Source: Mustelus asterias (taxonomy: Eukaryota). From it: a stretch of 64,000 nucleotides of DNA. The notes beneath the pieces are model-generated. The model was not told where the DNA came from. It worked only from the letters and a program-made list of their open reading frames with translations, and made no database searches. The position numbers were made by a program, and so were the translations under genes. The DNA is taken from contig NC_135810.1 in the NCBI RefSeq assembly GCF_964213995.1, positions 57,102,001 through 57,166,000 of the forward strand, written 5' to 3'. Of this stretch, positions 10,626 through 22,683 are shown piece by piece (positions within the stretch are counted from its first letter, which is position 1; each line of letters begins with the position of its first letter).

Positions 10626-13600
10626 AGAACCATAGAACCATAGAACAATAGAAAATTACAGCTCAGAAACAGGCCTTTTGGCCCTTCTTGTCTGTGCCGA
10701 ACCATTTTATGCCTAGTCCCACTGACCTGCACTTGGACCATATCCCTCCACACCCCTCTCATCCATGAACCCGTCCAAGTTTTTCTTAAATGTTAAAAGT
10801 GACCCCGCATTTACCACTTTATCCGGCAGCTAATTCCAAACTCCCACCACTTTCTGCGTGAAGGAGCCCCCCCTAATATTCCCTTTAAACTTTTCTCCTT
10901 TCACCCTTAACCCATGCCCTCTGGTTTTTTTCTCCCCGAGCCTCAGCGGAAAAAGCCTGCTTGCATTCACTCTATCTATACCCATCAAAATCTTATACAC
11001 CTCTATCAAATCTCCCCTCAATCTTCTACGCTCCAGGGAATAAAGTCCCAACCTATTCAATCTCTCTCTGTAACTCAGCTTCTCAAGTCCCGGCAACATC
11101 CTTGTGAACCTTCTCTGCACTCTTTCAATCTTATTTACATCCTTCCTGTAACTAGGTGACCAAAACTGTACACAATACTCCAAATTCGGCCTCGCCAATG
11201 CCTTATATAACCTTACCATAACACTCCAACTTTTATACTCGATACTCCGATTTATAAAGGCCAATGTACCAAAGGCACTCTTTACGACCCTATCCACCTG
11301 TGACGTCACTTTTAGGGAATTCTGTACCTGTATTCCCAGATCCCTCTGTTCAACTGCACTCTTCAGAGTCCTACCATTTACCCTGTATGTTCTACTTTGG
11401 TTTGTCCCTCCAAAGTGCAATATCTCACACTTGTCCGCGTTAAACTCCATTTGCCATTTTTCAGCCCATTTTTCTAGTTGGTCCAAATCCCTCTGCAAGC
11501 TTTGAAAACCTTCCTCACTGTCCACTACACCTCCAATCTTTGTATCATCAGCAAACTTGCTGATCCAATTTACCACATTATCATCCAGATCATTGATATA
11601 GATGACAAACAACAATGGACCCAACACCGATCCCTGCGGCACACCACTAGTCACAGGCCTCCACTCAGAGAAGCAATCCTCCACAACCACTCTCTGGCTT
11701 CTTCCATTGAGCCAGTGTCTTATCCAATTTACTACCTCCCCATGTATACCTAGCGACTGAACCTTCCTAACTAACCTCCCATGAGGGACCTTGTCAAAGG
11801 CCTTGTTGAAATCCAGGTAGACAACATCCACCGCCTTCCCTTCATCCACTTTCCTGGTAACCTCCTCGAAAAACTCTAATAGATTGGTCAAACATGACCT
11901 ACCACGCACAAAGCCATGTTGACTCTCCCTAATAAGTCCCTGTCTATCCAAATATTTGTAGATCCTATCCCTTATCACACCTTCCGATAACTTGCCCACC
12001 ACCGACGTCAAACTTACTGGCCGATAATTTACCGGATTTCTTTTGGAACCTTTTGTAAACAACGGAACAACGGAACAACGGATAGGGTTAAAGAGAATCC
12101 TAAGGCGTTCTATAGGTATGTCAAGAACAGAAGGTTGGTTAGGGCAAGTTTAGGGCCAGTTATAGATGGCAGAGGGAAGTTATGTGTGGAACCGGAGGAG
12201 ATTGGTGAAGCATTGAACCAATATTTCTCTTCGGTGTTCACGCAAGGGGACATGAATATAGCTGAGGAGGACACTGGGTTGCAGGGGAGTAGAATAGACA
12301 GTATTACAGTTGATAAGGAGGATGTGCAGGATATTCTGGAGGGTCTGAAAATAGATAAATCCCCTGGTCCGGATGGGATTTATCCAAGGATTCTCTGGGA
12401 GGCAAGAGAAGTGATTGCAGAGCCTCTGGCTCTGATCTTCAGGTCGTCGTTGGCCTCTGGTATAGTACCAGAAGATTGGAGGTTAGCGAATGTTGTCCCA
12501 TTGTTTAAGAAGGGGAACAGAGACTTCCCCGGGAATTATAGACCGGTGAGTCTCACTTCTGTTGTCGGCAAGATGTTGGAAAAAATTATAAGGGATAGGA
12601 TTTATAGTTATTTGGAGAGTAATGAATTGATAGGTGATAGTCAGCATGGTTTTGTGGCAGGTAGGTCGTGCCTTACTAACCTTATTGAGTTTTTTGAGAA
12701 AGTGACCAAGGAGGTGGATGGGGGCAAGGCAGTGGACGTGGTATATATGGATTTTAGTAAGGCGTTTGATAAGGTTCACCATGGTAGGCTTCTGCAGAAA
12801 ATGCAGATGTATGGGATTGGGGGTGATCTAGGAAATTGGATCAGGAATTGGCTAGCGGATAGGAAACAGAGGGTGGTGGTTGATAGTAAATATTCATCAT
12901 GGAGTGCGGTTACAAGTGGTGTACCTCAGGGATCTGTTTTGGGGCCACTGCTGTTTGTAATATTTATTAATGATCTGGATGAGGGTATAGTTGGGTGGAT
13001 TAGCAAATTTGCTGATGACACCAAAGTCGGTGGTGTGGTAGACAGTGAGGAAGGGTGTCGTAGTTTGCAGGAAGACTTAGACAGGTTGCAAAGTTGGGCC
13101 GAGAGGTGGCGGATGGAGTTTAATGCGGAGAAGTGTGAGGTAATTCACTTTGGTAGGAATAACAGATGTGTTGAGTATAGGGCTAACGGGAGGACTTTGA
13201 ATAGTGTGGAGGAGCAGAGGGATCTAGGTGTATGTGTGCATAGATCCCTGAAAGTTGGGAATCAAGTAGATAAGGTTGTTAAGAAGGCATATGGTGTCTT
13301 GGCGTTTATTGGTAGGGGGATTGAATTTAGGAGTCGTAGCGTTATGTTGCAACTGTACACAACTCTGGTGCGGCCGCACTTGGAGTACTGTGTGCAGTTC
13401 TGGTCCCCACATTACAGGAAGGATGTGGAGGCTTTGGAGAGGGTGCAGAGGAGGTTTACCAGGATGTTGCCTGGTATGGAGGGGAGATCCTATGAGGAGA
13501 GGCTGAGGGATTTGGGATTGTTTTCGCTGGAAAGGCGGCGGCTAAGAGGGGATCTTATTGAAACATATAAGATGATTAGAGGTTTAGATAGGGTGGATAG

Positions 13601-14565
13601 TGATAGCCTTTTTCCTCTGATGGAGAAATCCAGCAGCGAGGGGGCATGGCTTTAAATTGAGGGGGGGTAGTTATAGAACCGATGTCAGGGGTAGGTTCTT
13701 TACCCAGAGGGTGGTGAGGGATTGGAATGCCCTGCCAGCATCAGTAGTAAATGCGCCTAGTTTGGGGGCGTTTAAGAGATCCGTAGATAGGTTCATGGAC
13801 GAAAAGAAATTGGTTTAGGTTGGAGGGTCACAGTTTTTTTTTTAACTGGTCGGTGCAACATCGTGGGCCGAAGGGCCTGTTCTGCGCTGTAATGTTCTAT
13901 GTTCTATGTTCTAACATGAGCCACCCTCCAATCATCCGGCACCTCACGCGTGAATACTGACATTTTAAATATGTCTGCCAGGGCCCCTGCAAGTTCAACA
14001 CTAGCTTCCCTCAAGGTCCGTGGGAATACCCTGTCCGGTCCTGGGGATTTATCCACTCTGATTTGCCTCAAGACAGCGAGCACCTCCTCCCCTTTAATCT
14101 GTAAAGGTTCCATGGCCTCCCTACCAGTTTGCCCTATTTCCGTAGACTCCATGCCCGTTTCCTCAGTAAATACGGATGCAAAAAAACCATTTAGTATCTC
14201 CCCCATCTCTTTTGGTTCCATACACAGTCTACCACTCTGGTCTTCAAGAGGACCAATTTTATCCCTCACTATCCTTTTGCTCATAACATACCTATAGAAG
14301 CTCTTTGGATTTTCCTTCACTCTGTCTGCCAAAGCAACCTCATGTCTTCTTTTAGCCCTCCTGATTTCCCTCTTAAGTAGCTTCTTGCACTTTTTATACT
14401 CCTCGAGCATCTGATGTGTTCCTTGCTGCCTGTACATTTCATACAACTCTCTCTTCCTCTTAATCAGTGTTACAATCTCCCTCGAGAACCAAGGTTCCTT
14501 ATTCCTATTTACTTTGCCTTTAATCCTGACAGGAACATACAAACTCTGCACTCTCAAAATTTCTC
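10626..14565 (-). mobile_element. CR1 LINE (outer copy; 10626-12070 and 13913-14565) interrupted by a second CR1
   Basis: ORFs 13904..14557 and 10830..12062 rejoin as VPDDWRVAHV-VPLFTKGSKRNPVNYRP; TSD cttgtt at 10620-10625 and 14566-14571. Confidence 0.93.
12080..13912 (+). mobile_element. Young CR1 LINE nested antisense within the outer CR1; near-intact RT
   Basis: 506-aa ORF 12135..13655 with [10 protein letters not shown] and KFADDTK; frameshift near 13635; (ttctatg)n tail. Confidence 0.96.
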
Positions 14566-14929
14566 CTTGTTCAAAGAATTTTCCACATTACTTCATAAAT
14601 ACTGCTGATGCTTGAAGTTCACCAACTTTTCAATGAAGTTCCACTTTTGCCAAGTTTGCTTTTTCAAGTTTATTCTTTCAGTAGTTCAAATCCTCAGTCA
14701 AATGTTTCACTTGTCCTGGCTGATTCTCAATTGTTCTCATTAGTTCTCATTTTTCATTCACAAACTGGTCTTTCCAAGGTGAAAATTGATTTTCTGTGTT
14801 AACCAGGTTTTTTTTTCAATTTCTTGTTATCTGCAATGATTGTTTCATTTTTCACAACAGTAGTTTTCAAAAGATTGTTAAGAACACCACGATCTTTTGC
14901 AATTCAGTTGTCATCACCTTACTGTCTCC

Positions 14930-15170
14930 AACTAGGATAAAATCTATTACTCCAATAAGTAATTTAGGAATAATTCCAACCATAACAATTCAATTTACAA
15001 AATTTCTTATTAAATTAACATTACACAAAGAAACAGGTTCATCCCTTCCATTAATATCCCATATTGATAGACTTTCCTTCATAAACCTTCCTGGAATACA
15101 AATTGTATCATTGGCCCCCATCGATGATTGATCTGCTCCTGTATTTCTCAGAATTTTAATTTGTTTACTT
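14930..15170 (-). pseudogene. Retrotransposon aspartic protease remnant
   Basis: IKILRNTGADQS (degenerate LRDTGA active site) ... VGIIPKLLIGVIDFIL. Confidence 0.7.
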
Positions 15171-15401
15171 ATTTTATTAAAGGAGTAAGAGTAAACTTCT
15201 CCCTTTGAAACAAAATGTCTAGAACTGCCTGACTTCCTTCATCAACACTTAAATAATTTTCTGAACTATCTTGAGGTCTATCCCCCTTTATCGTTGATTT
15301 TGAAATAGCACGTTTCACCTGTATCACTGCTATAGTTTTAACACAGTAAGAAGTCTCACAACACCAGGTTAAAGTCCAACAGGTTTATTTGGTAGCACAA
15401 G

Positions 15402-15438
15402 CCACTAGCTTTCGGAGCGCTGTCCCTTCATCAGGTGA
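15402..15438 (-). ncRNA. Minimal hammerhead ribozyme motif in pLTR
   Basis: UCAC-CUGAUGA-a-stemII-GAAAGCUA-GUGG. Confidence 0.65.
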
Positions 15439-16087
15439 GTGGGAATTCAGTTCACAAACAGGGCATATAAAGACACAAACTCAATTTACAAAATAATGGT
15501 TCGAATGCGAGTCTTTGCAGGTAATCAAGTCTTAAAGGTACAGACAATGTGAGTGGAGAGAGGGTTAAGCACAGGTTAAAGAGATGTGTATTGTCTCCAG
15601 CCAGGACAGTTAGTGAGACTTTGCAAGCCCAGGCAAGTCGTGGGGGTTACAGATAGTGTGACATGAACCCAAGATCCCGGTTGAGGCCGTCCTCATGTGT
15701 ACAGAACTTGGCTATCAGTCTCTGCTCAGCGACTCTGCGTTGTGTGTCATGAAGGCCGCCTTGGAGAACGCTTACCCGAAAATCAGAGGCCGAATGCCCG
15801 TGACCGCTGAAGTGTTCCCCAACATGAAGAGAACACTCTTACCTGGTGATTGTCGAGCGGTGTTCATTCATCCGTTGTCGTAGCGTCTGCATGGTCTCCC
15901 CAGTGTACCATGCCAACTGTCCTGGCTGGAGACAATACACATCTCTTTAACCTGTGCTTAACCCTCTCTCCACTCACATTATCTGTACCTTTAAGACTTG
16001 ATTACCTGTAAAGACTCACATTCCAACCATAATTTTGTAAATTGAGTTTGTGTCTTTATATGCCCTGCTTGTGAACTGAAATCCCAC

Positions 16088-16124
16088 TCACCTGATGAAG
16101 GGACAATGCTCCGAAAGCTAGTGG
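16088..16124 (+). ncRNA. Minimal hammerhead ribozyme motif in pLTR
   Basis: ctgatga at 16092-16098, gaaa at 16113-16116, gcta|gtgg; stem II imperfect. Confidence 0.6.
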
Positions 16125-16279
16125 CTTGTGCTACCAAATAAACCCGTTGGACTTTAATCTGGTGTTGTGAGACTTCTTACTGTGTTTACCCCAGTCCAAC
16201 ACCGGCATCTCCACATCATAGTTTTAACAGTCATTTATTTTTCAGATGCTTCCTTTCTTGCTACTGAAACTGGTCTTCC

Positions 16280-17550
16280 ATTTAATTTCCAACAGTATGC
16301 CCACGTATGTCCCGCTTCATTACAATGGAAACTCTTAGACCTCTGAATGTCTCTTCTACCCTCAGCACCTTCATTTTTGGTCTGAGGTGAAATTCCCTGA
16401 CCATTCCCAACTCTTCCTTCTCTTCCTTAACTATTTGTTTCCTTTTCCCCTTTCCACTTCCTATCCTTCTCATGTTTAAAAGGATGATGGACGAAAGGTT
16501 TGGTTTTCTGGATCAATTTGAAATCATCAGCTAACTCTGCTGCCTGTCTAGCAATTTTCATCCTTTGTTCCTCAATAGGCGTCTTAATAACCAAAGGAAG
16601 TGAATCTTTAAATTCTTCAAAAAGTATTGCCTCTCTGAGGGCTTCATATGTTTTCTCTACCTTTAATATCCGAAACCAATAGTCAAAACAATTTTGCTTC
16701 ACCCTCTCAAATCAATATGAGTTTATCTAGACTGTTTTCTTGTGTTCTGAAATTTCTGCCTATATGCCTCAAGAACCAATTCTTATGCACTATGGATAGC
16801 TTTCCTTAACACATCATAATTTATAGACATCTCTTCTGACAAAGACCCAGGCACCTCATTAACTCTACCTACCAGTACACTTTATAAAAGTAATGTCCAA
16901 ATATCTTTTGGCCATTACAGCTGTTTCGCCACCTTCTCAAAAGAAATAAAGAATGCTTCTGCAACCTTTCCCTCAAATTTTGGAAGAGCTTGTACAAATT
17001 TAAACATTTTCCCATGTCTAAGTTAATGTCTAGAACTACGTTCATCCTCAACCTGCTCTGGTGTCTCTTTTTTATTTGCCAGCATTTTAAACTGAAATTC
17101 TCTCTTTTTCTCCTTTTTCTCTTTCTTCCCTTGCTAATCTTTCCACTTCCATAACAAGTTTTCTCATTTCAATTTTCTTTTGAAAAACTCTCTGTTTTCC
17201 CTTTCTTTTTCCTGCACTTCAATTTTCTTTGTTTCTATTTCTTTCTCTTAATCTTTTTCTTTCATTTCTAATTTTTTCATTTCTATCTTTCTCCTTTTTA
17301 TCCCAGCATTTTTAATTGTTTCATTTGTACTTAAACTTTAGCTAATTCAATTTCTTAATTTTCCGGAGAACGTGGTCTATCTGACAACCCTTGCAATTTT
17401 AAGTGTTTCACAATGCTCTCTTAACTTTCCTTACCCCTATCCTAACTCCAATTTACCTTCCAGTTCAGTTTACTGACTCTTGATTACTTTCTGCCAAAGT
17501 TTAACCTTCCATCTTTTGGAAATCTTTAGCCATTCCAATGCCATTTTAGA
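16280..17550 (-). pseudogene. Gmr1-like gag remnant (coiled coil, SCAN-like region, degenerate CCHC knuckle)
   Basis: FEKVAKQL*WPKDIW; AYRQKF; LREAILFEEFKDSLP..IEEQ..AAELADDF; FHCNEAGHTWAYC. Confidence 0.85.
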
Positions 17551-17561
17551 TTCCATTTTGG

Positions 17562-18088
17562 CATGTCCACTATGATGTTAACCAATTTTTACAGATGCAC
17601 CATGGAAAGCATCCTTTCCAGATGTATCGCAGCTTAGTACGGCTCCTGCTCTGACCAAGATGCAAGAAACTACAAAGGGTTGTGAATGTAGCCCAATCTA
17701 TCAGCCTCCCATCCATCAACTCCATCTATACTTCCCACTGCCTCGGAAAATCAGCCGGCATAATCAAGGACCCCATGTTCTCCAGATATACTCTTTTCCA
17801 CCTTCTTCCATCAGGAAAAAGATACAAAAGTCTGAAAACACGTGCCAACAGACTCAAGAACACCTTTTTCCCTGCTATCATCAGACTTTTGAATGGTCCT
17901 ATCATATATCAAGCTGATCTTTCTTTTCACCCTACCTATAGTTGCAAAACTATATTCTGCACCCTATCCTTTCCTTCTCCCCATGTACTTTATGAATGGT
18001 ATGCTTTGCTTGTATAGCACACAAGAAGCAATACTTTTCACTGTATCCCAATATGTGATAATAATAAATCAAATCAAATCAAATTAAA
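17562..18088 (+). mobile_element. Rex1/Babar-type LINE 3' fragment inserted in the LTR element leader
   Basis: ORF 17682..18017 has IIKDP...RLKNTFFPAIIRLLN; (aaatc)n tail. Confidence 0.85.
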
Positions 18089-18309
18089 TTCTAACCTGTA
18101 CAATACATTTCACAGTAACTCTAATTCTTTTGTCAAGTACTTCAGTATGTCACTTACTCATATTAAGGCGTTATTCCACCATTTAACAATAAATCCCAGA
18201 ACAGCTTTTGCTACTCAGCATCTAGGTAACTTGCTTTCCATGTTTCAAAATATCCAAACACATTGTTACTAATCAGCATCCAATAACCCTTTCTCCAATT
18301 TTTGAAATT

Positions 18310-18324
18310 CCACAAGAACCTCCA
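18310..18324 (-). other. Primer-binding site (tRNA-Gln-like)
   Basis: Minus strand tggaggttc lies 4 nt inside the LTR end ...cataACA. Confidence 0.55.
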
Positions 18325-18611
18325 CTTTTGTTATGATCCCAGTGGATGTTATAACTTGACAGGAAGGTTCCAGAATGGAACCCTGGCTCAAAAAAACGTA
18401 ACTTGTACCATTTTTTATAAAACGTGGAGGAACAGCGACATAGGGCCGTTAATAAATATAAACAACAACAAATAACATTTTGTAAACATGACAATAATGG
18501 ATTAGGGTAAATCCATTCACTTCTCCTTATCTTAGCAATTACACATAGATTTTCAGATCAACATGGATTAAAAAATTCATCTTATATTGCAATGGTCTTA
18601 TTAACACACAA

Positions 18612-20820
18612 TGGGAATGATTTTACCACTTCAACCCTGCCCATTGATGGGCTGGGTGAGCTGGTAAAATCGTGCGAAAGCCAAGAGATCAGGTTCGTGC
18701 CTGATTTCTCATCTCGCACAGTTTACGACACAGGATATAGAGTCATAGAGTCATAAAGGTTTACAGCATGGAAACAGGCCCTTTGGCCCAACTTGTCCAT
18801 GCCGCCCTTTTTTGTTAAAACCCCTAAACTAATCCCAATTGCCCGAATTTGGCCCATATCCCTCTATACCCATCGTACCATGTAACTGTCTAAATGCTTT
18901 TTAAAAGATAAAATTGTACCCGCCTCTATTACTACCTCTGGCAGCTTGTTCCAGATACTCACCATCCTCTGTGTGAAAAAATTGCTCCTCTGGACACTTT
19001 TGTATCTCTCCCCTCTCACCTTAAACCTATGCCCTCTAGTTTTAGACTCCCCTACCTTTGGGAAAAGATATTGACTATCTACCTTGTCTATGCCCCTCAT
19101 TATTTTATAGACCTCTATAAGGTCACCCCTCAGCCTCCTACGCTCCAGAGAAAAAAGTCCCAGTCTATTCAGCCTCTCCTTATAACTCAATCCATCAAGT
19201 CCCGGTAGCATCCTAGTAAATCTTTTCTGCACTCTTTCTAGTTTAATAATATCCTTTCTATAATAAGGTGACCAGAATTGCACACAGTATTCCAAGTGTG
19301 GCCTTACCAATGTCTTGTACAACTTCAACAAGACGTCCCAACTCCTGTATTCAATGTTCTGACTGATGAAACCAAGCATGCCGAGTGCCTTCTTCACCAC
19401 TCTGTCCACCTGTGACTCTACTTTCAAGGAGCTATGAACATGTACCCCTAGATCTCTTTGTTCTGTAACTCTCCCCAACCCCCTACCATTAACTGAGTAA
19501 GTCCTGCCCTGGTTCAATCTACCAAAATGCATCACCCCGCATTTGTCTAAATTAAACTCCATCTGCCATTCGTCAGCCCACTGGCCCAATTGATCAAGAT
19601 CCCGTTGCAATTGGAGGGAACTTTCTTCACTGTCCACTATGCCACCAATCTTGGTGTCATCTGCAAACTTACTAACCATGCTTCCTATATTCTCCTCCAA
19701 ATCATTAATATAAATGACAAATAACAGTGGGCCCAGCACTGATCCCTGAGACACACCGCTCGTCACAGGCCTCCAGTTTGAAAAACAACTCTCTACAACC
19801 ACTCTCTGGCTTCTGTCAAGCATCCAATTTTGTATCCATTTATATACCTCACCCTGGATCCCGTGAGATTTAACTTTATGCAATAACCTACCATGCAGTA
19901 CCTTGTCAAAGGTACCTTGTCCAACGCATTCTGCCTCCCGTCCATTTCCGGTGAGAGGCTGAATAAATTATTTAAATTTAATTTAACACTAATTTCCATG
20001 TGATTAGCGAGCCCAGGATGCAATTGTCGGGGCTCACTTGTCTTGGTGGCTTCACTGGGAGAGTTTCTTTCCGGCGAGGATCATGTATGGTTCCCATGAA
20101 TGGGGACCAGTCGTGATGGACTTGCCGGTAGAACTGGAGGTCATTGAGGCCACGCAAGAGGTTGAGGGTAAGGGAGGGTACCCCTTGGGCAGAGCCAGCC
20201 TGGCACTGCCATCTTGTCACCCTGGCAGTGCCAGACTCACACCCGGCATTGCCCATTGGGCACCCTGGCACTGCCTACTGGGCAATGCCGGGGCAGGACT
20301 TATGGGAGCAGGGCCTGGGGGGGTGGGGGTGGTCCGATCAAGTAGGGAGGGTGAGGGTGGGTGGGCCCAAGGGTGGGTCCACTGTGACCCTGCACACGAT
20401 TGGTGGGGGGCAGGGGGGCCACATTTGATCAAGTCATCTTGTGTGCTTAAAAGAGACTTTGGGGGTGATTTTATGAGAAAAATTCTAAGTGTCTAGCTAA
20501 CAAGAAAACAGAAAGGCTGCTGCAGCAGCAGAGGGTGCCACTGCGCATGTGAAGACCTTTGGTTGCACTACACAATGACAACCAGCAGACAGCTGACAGG
20601 TCTGAGAGATCTGTCAGCTCCCTGCTGCAGCCAACCTCAACAAACCTCCCCCAAACTCTCCCGGGGTTCCGCGGCTGATCACAAGTGCCCCCCTACCCAG
20701 AAATATCTCCCCTGTCCCCCCGCTGCCTGGAATGATTGCCTCCTCCCCCCATCCCCACCGATCATGTGCAGAGTGGTAGTGGCCCCCCCTCAACCTCCTA
20801 ATGATTGCATGCCCTCTATT
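18612..20820. mobile_element. Harbinger-like element pieces (18612-18730, 19925-20430, 20461-20820)
   Basis: gggaatgattttacc...ggtaaaatc hairpin; 19960-20300 resembles the reverse complement of 56540-56970; second TIR-like start gggggtgattttatgagaaaaattctaag at 20461. Confidence 0.6.
18737..19912 (-). mobile_element. 5'-truncated CR1 LINE (same subfamily as 1082 and 32022)
   Basis: ORF 18864..19883 is the RT C-half with KFADDTK; same 3'UTR and ctctatga tail. Confidence 0.95.
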
Positions 20821-22404
20821 ACTAACCCAAGTTAGTGTCTGTGGATTTCTCCTCAGAATCCCCTCTTTGATTGTCACATTAAAGTTTCCACACTCCACTC
20901 CCAAATAAACACACCATAAAATTTTTGTTGACATTAATGCTTTCCATTAATGGCTTGCATTCCAAACTGCAGTTCAAGTCTTCCGAATTACATTTCAAAG
21001 CAAAGTTTCTGCTCCACTTTTAACAGTGAATTTAATCCAGGATTTCCACCAACTCCTTTTGGATTTCTTTGTGCTGACTGCTATATAAACTGTTCACAAT
21101 TGCTTTAACTCTCAATTCGCAGAATCAAGTAAAATGGCATCAAACGTTTCATTTATCTCTGATGTCTGCTGTCCCACTTTCAATCTGATTACTGCAGTTG
21201 TCTCTTTAACTCAGAATACTTTGTTTACTCTTCCTTCAATTATTCTGTTGAATACCTTGGTCTCTGTTCTTTCAACTCCAATCATCTTAGACATTCTTTC
21301 TGTCTCAATTCCCTGGTTATCTGGACTGTAACTTGCTCCTTTGGAAGCTTGCATCTTTGCAATTCCCTTGTCTTGTCCAGTTTCTCCTGGCAAAATTGAG
21401 ATGTCAACTTCCCAGTGTCCTGCCTCCAACTGCAATATAACCAGCTAAAACTGAAACTTAAATGCTTTTTCTACCTTATAAGCCCCTCTGGTTACCAAGC
21501 AATGACTACTATTTCTATTTACTCTTCACGACGTAGCCCTCTTTAAGCACAATAGAAACACATTTGGAATCTAACCAACCCCCACACATGCAAACACCTT
21601 TGTCCAGCATGGATCTAACTGTAGGTTTTGCTCTTCCAGGCATAGAAACATTAAATTAAACCCACTTAAAACTATTCCTTATTTCTAATGTTTACCAATG
21701 CACATATAAATCTCTTAGAACTATCTTTGTTTTCCATAGAGCTGCAAATTACGTTAAATCAGTTCTTAGTATAAGATTTAGATTGATAAAATTGTGTTAG
21801 TCAAAGGTAATGAGGGATATGGGACAAAGCTTGAAATGTGTAGTCATATCACTGATCAACCATAATCTTACTGAATAATGGAACAGATTTGAGGACTGAA
21901 TGGCCTATTCCAGCTCTTGTATTCCAATGTTAATATTAAAAATATCCCAGTAAAGTATACTTAAAATGAATTTTCAATTAAATGCATGTCCCATGTAATA
22001 AAGAACTCTTGAACATGAAAATCATCAAGGGCAGTTGAAGAATGAAGTCCTGTTGGTATGCATTTTGAAAGAATACAAAATTATTGTCAGATATACTAAG
22101 GTACATATTGAACATGAGAGATATCTTACCGAAAGACATCTCAAGATGTTATTTTACCAGCATTATCCTTCAAAAATATCCTCGTGGCCTATCTAGAATG
22201 AATCTGCTGTGTTTTTCTGAAGCTGGTACAACAGAAATAGTTTATAACATCAATGATTCCACTAATGGTTACTTTTACTTTAGATTAAGTGATTCAGCAC
22301 AATCCTGTCTTCGCTGAAAGAATACCCGAGAGTGCAACCAATGTCCTTGCAACCTCAAATGTTACCCGGGTATCCGGATGGGGCTTTTTGTTTTCTGACT
22401 ATTT

Positions 22405-22528
22405 CAGCGGGATTTTACAGTCTCGCCCAGGCGAGACTGGAAATTCCCACCTGAGGTCAACAGAGATTTCCGTTGTCGGACCTGGCCCGTGCCAATTCCG
22501 TGGTGGGAGAGGTGATAGAGTTCCAGCC
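22405..22528. mobile_element. ~130-bp Harbinger-type MITE
   Basis: gcgggattttac...ttccagcc; inverted homolog of 53452-53581. Confidence 0.6.
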
Positions 22529-22683
22529 TATGTCTTTGCAGAATAAATAGTGACTCTCTCTAATTTCTCATTATGATTTGAACTCATTATTGTAATTCAA
22601 AAAGCTGTTCATGAACCAGGTTTTAAGAACCAACAATTGGATCTTTAAGTCACATAAGTGAAAAACAAAATGCAATCCATCGG

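Larger units (their letters stand above)
10483..14897 (-). pseudogene. TPR: Captured intronless fragment of nucleoporin TPR N-terminal coiled coil inside the LTR element (segments 14897-14572 and 10625-10483, split by CR1 insertion)
   Basis: Rejoined translation LNNLLKTTVVKNE...ENQF...EK*ELMRTIE...LTEDL...KLEKANLAKVELH*KVGELQASAVFMK*CGKFFEQEKELLVNQNNWLNAELRNKTNKLSELRHEKNIEIFELQ; matches remembered human TPR LNNQLKALTEKN...EKRDLIRTNE...LTEDV...[38 protein letters not shown]; four in-frame stops. Confidence 0.8.
15344..16217. mobile_element. Penelope-like element 3' end with inverted pLTRs and GIY-YIG endonuclease C-terminus
   Basis: Minus strand ~15913-15648 reads WYTGETMQTLRQRMNEH...AEQRLIAKFCTHEDGLNRDLG; 15344-15612 is inverted at 15916-16187; TSD atagttttaaca at 15332-15343 and 16218-16229. 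Confidence 0.92.
8728..21737 (-). mobile_element. Decayed non-autonomous Gypsy (Gmr1/SCAN-gag-like) LTR retrotransposon, heavily nested
   Basis: LTR homology 8728-9448 vs ~21010-21737; PPT at 9449-9464; PBS at 18310-18324; LTR edge TG at 18329; gag remnants 16280-17550; protease 14930-15170; no RT or IN recognisable. Confidence 0.85.
18329..21737 (-). repeat. 5' LTR in two pieces (18329-18611 and ~20830-21737), split by Harbinger and CR1 insertions
   Basis: Edge TGTTATGATCCC next to the PBS; distal part colinear with the 3' LTR. Confidence 0.7.

Noticed and set aside
12135-13655. 506-aa RT ORF as an active or domesticated gene
   Set aside because: 5'-truncated CR1 lacking endonuclease and a genuine start, with a C-terminal frameshift
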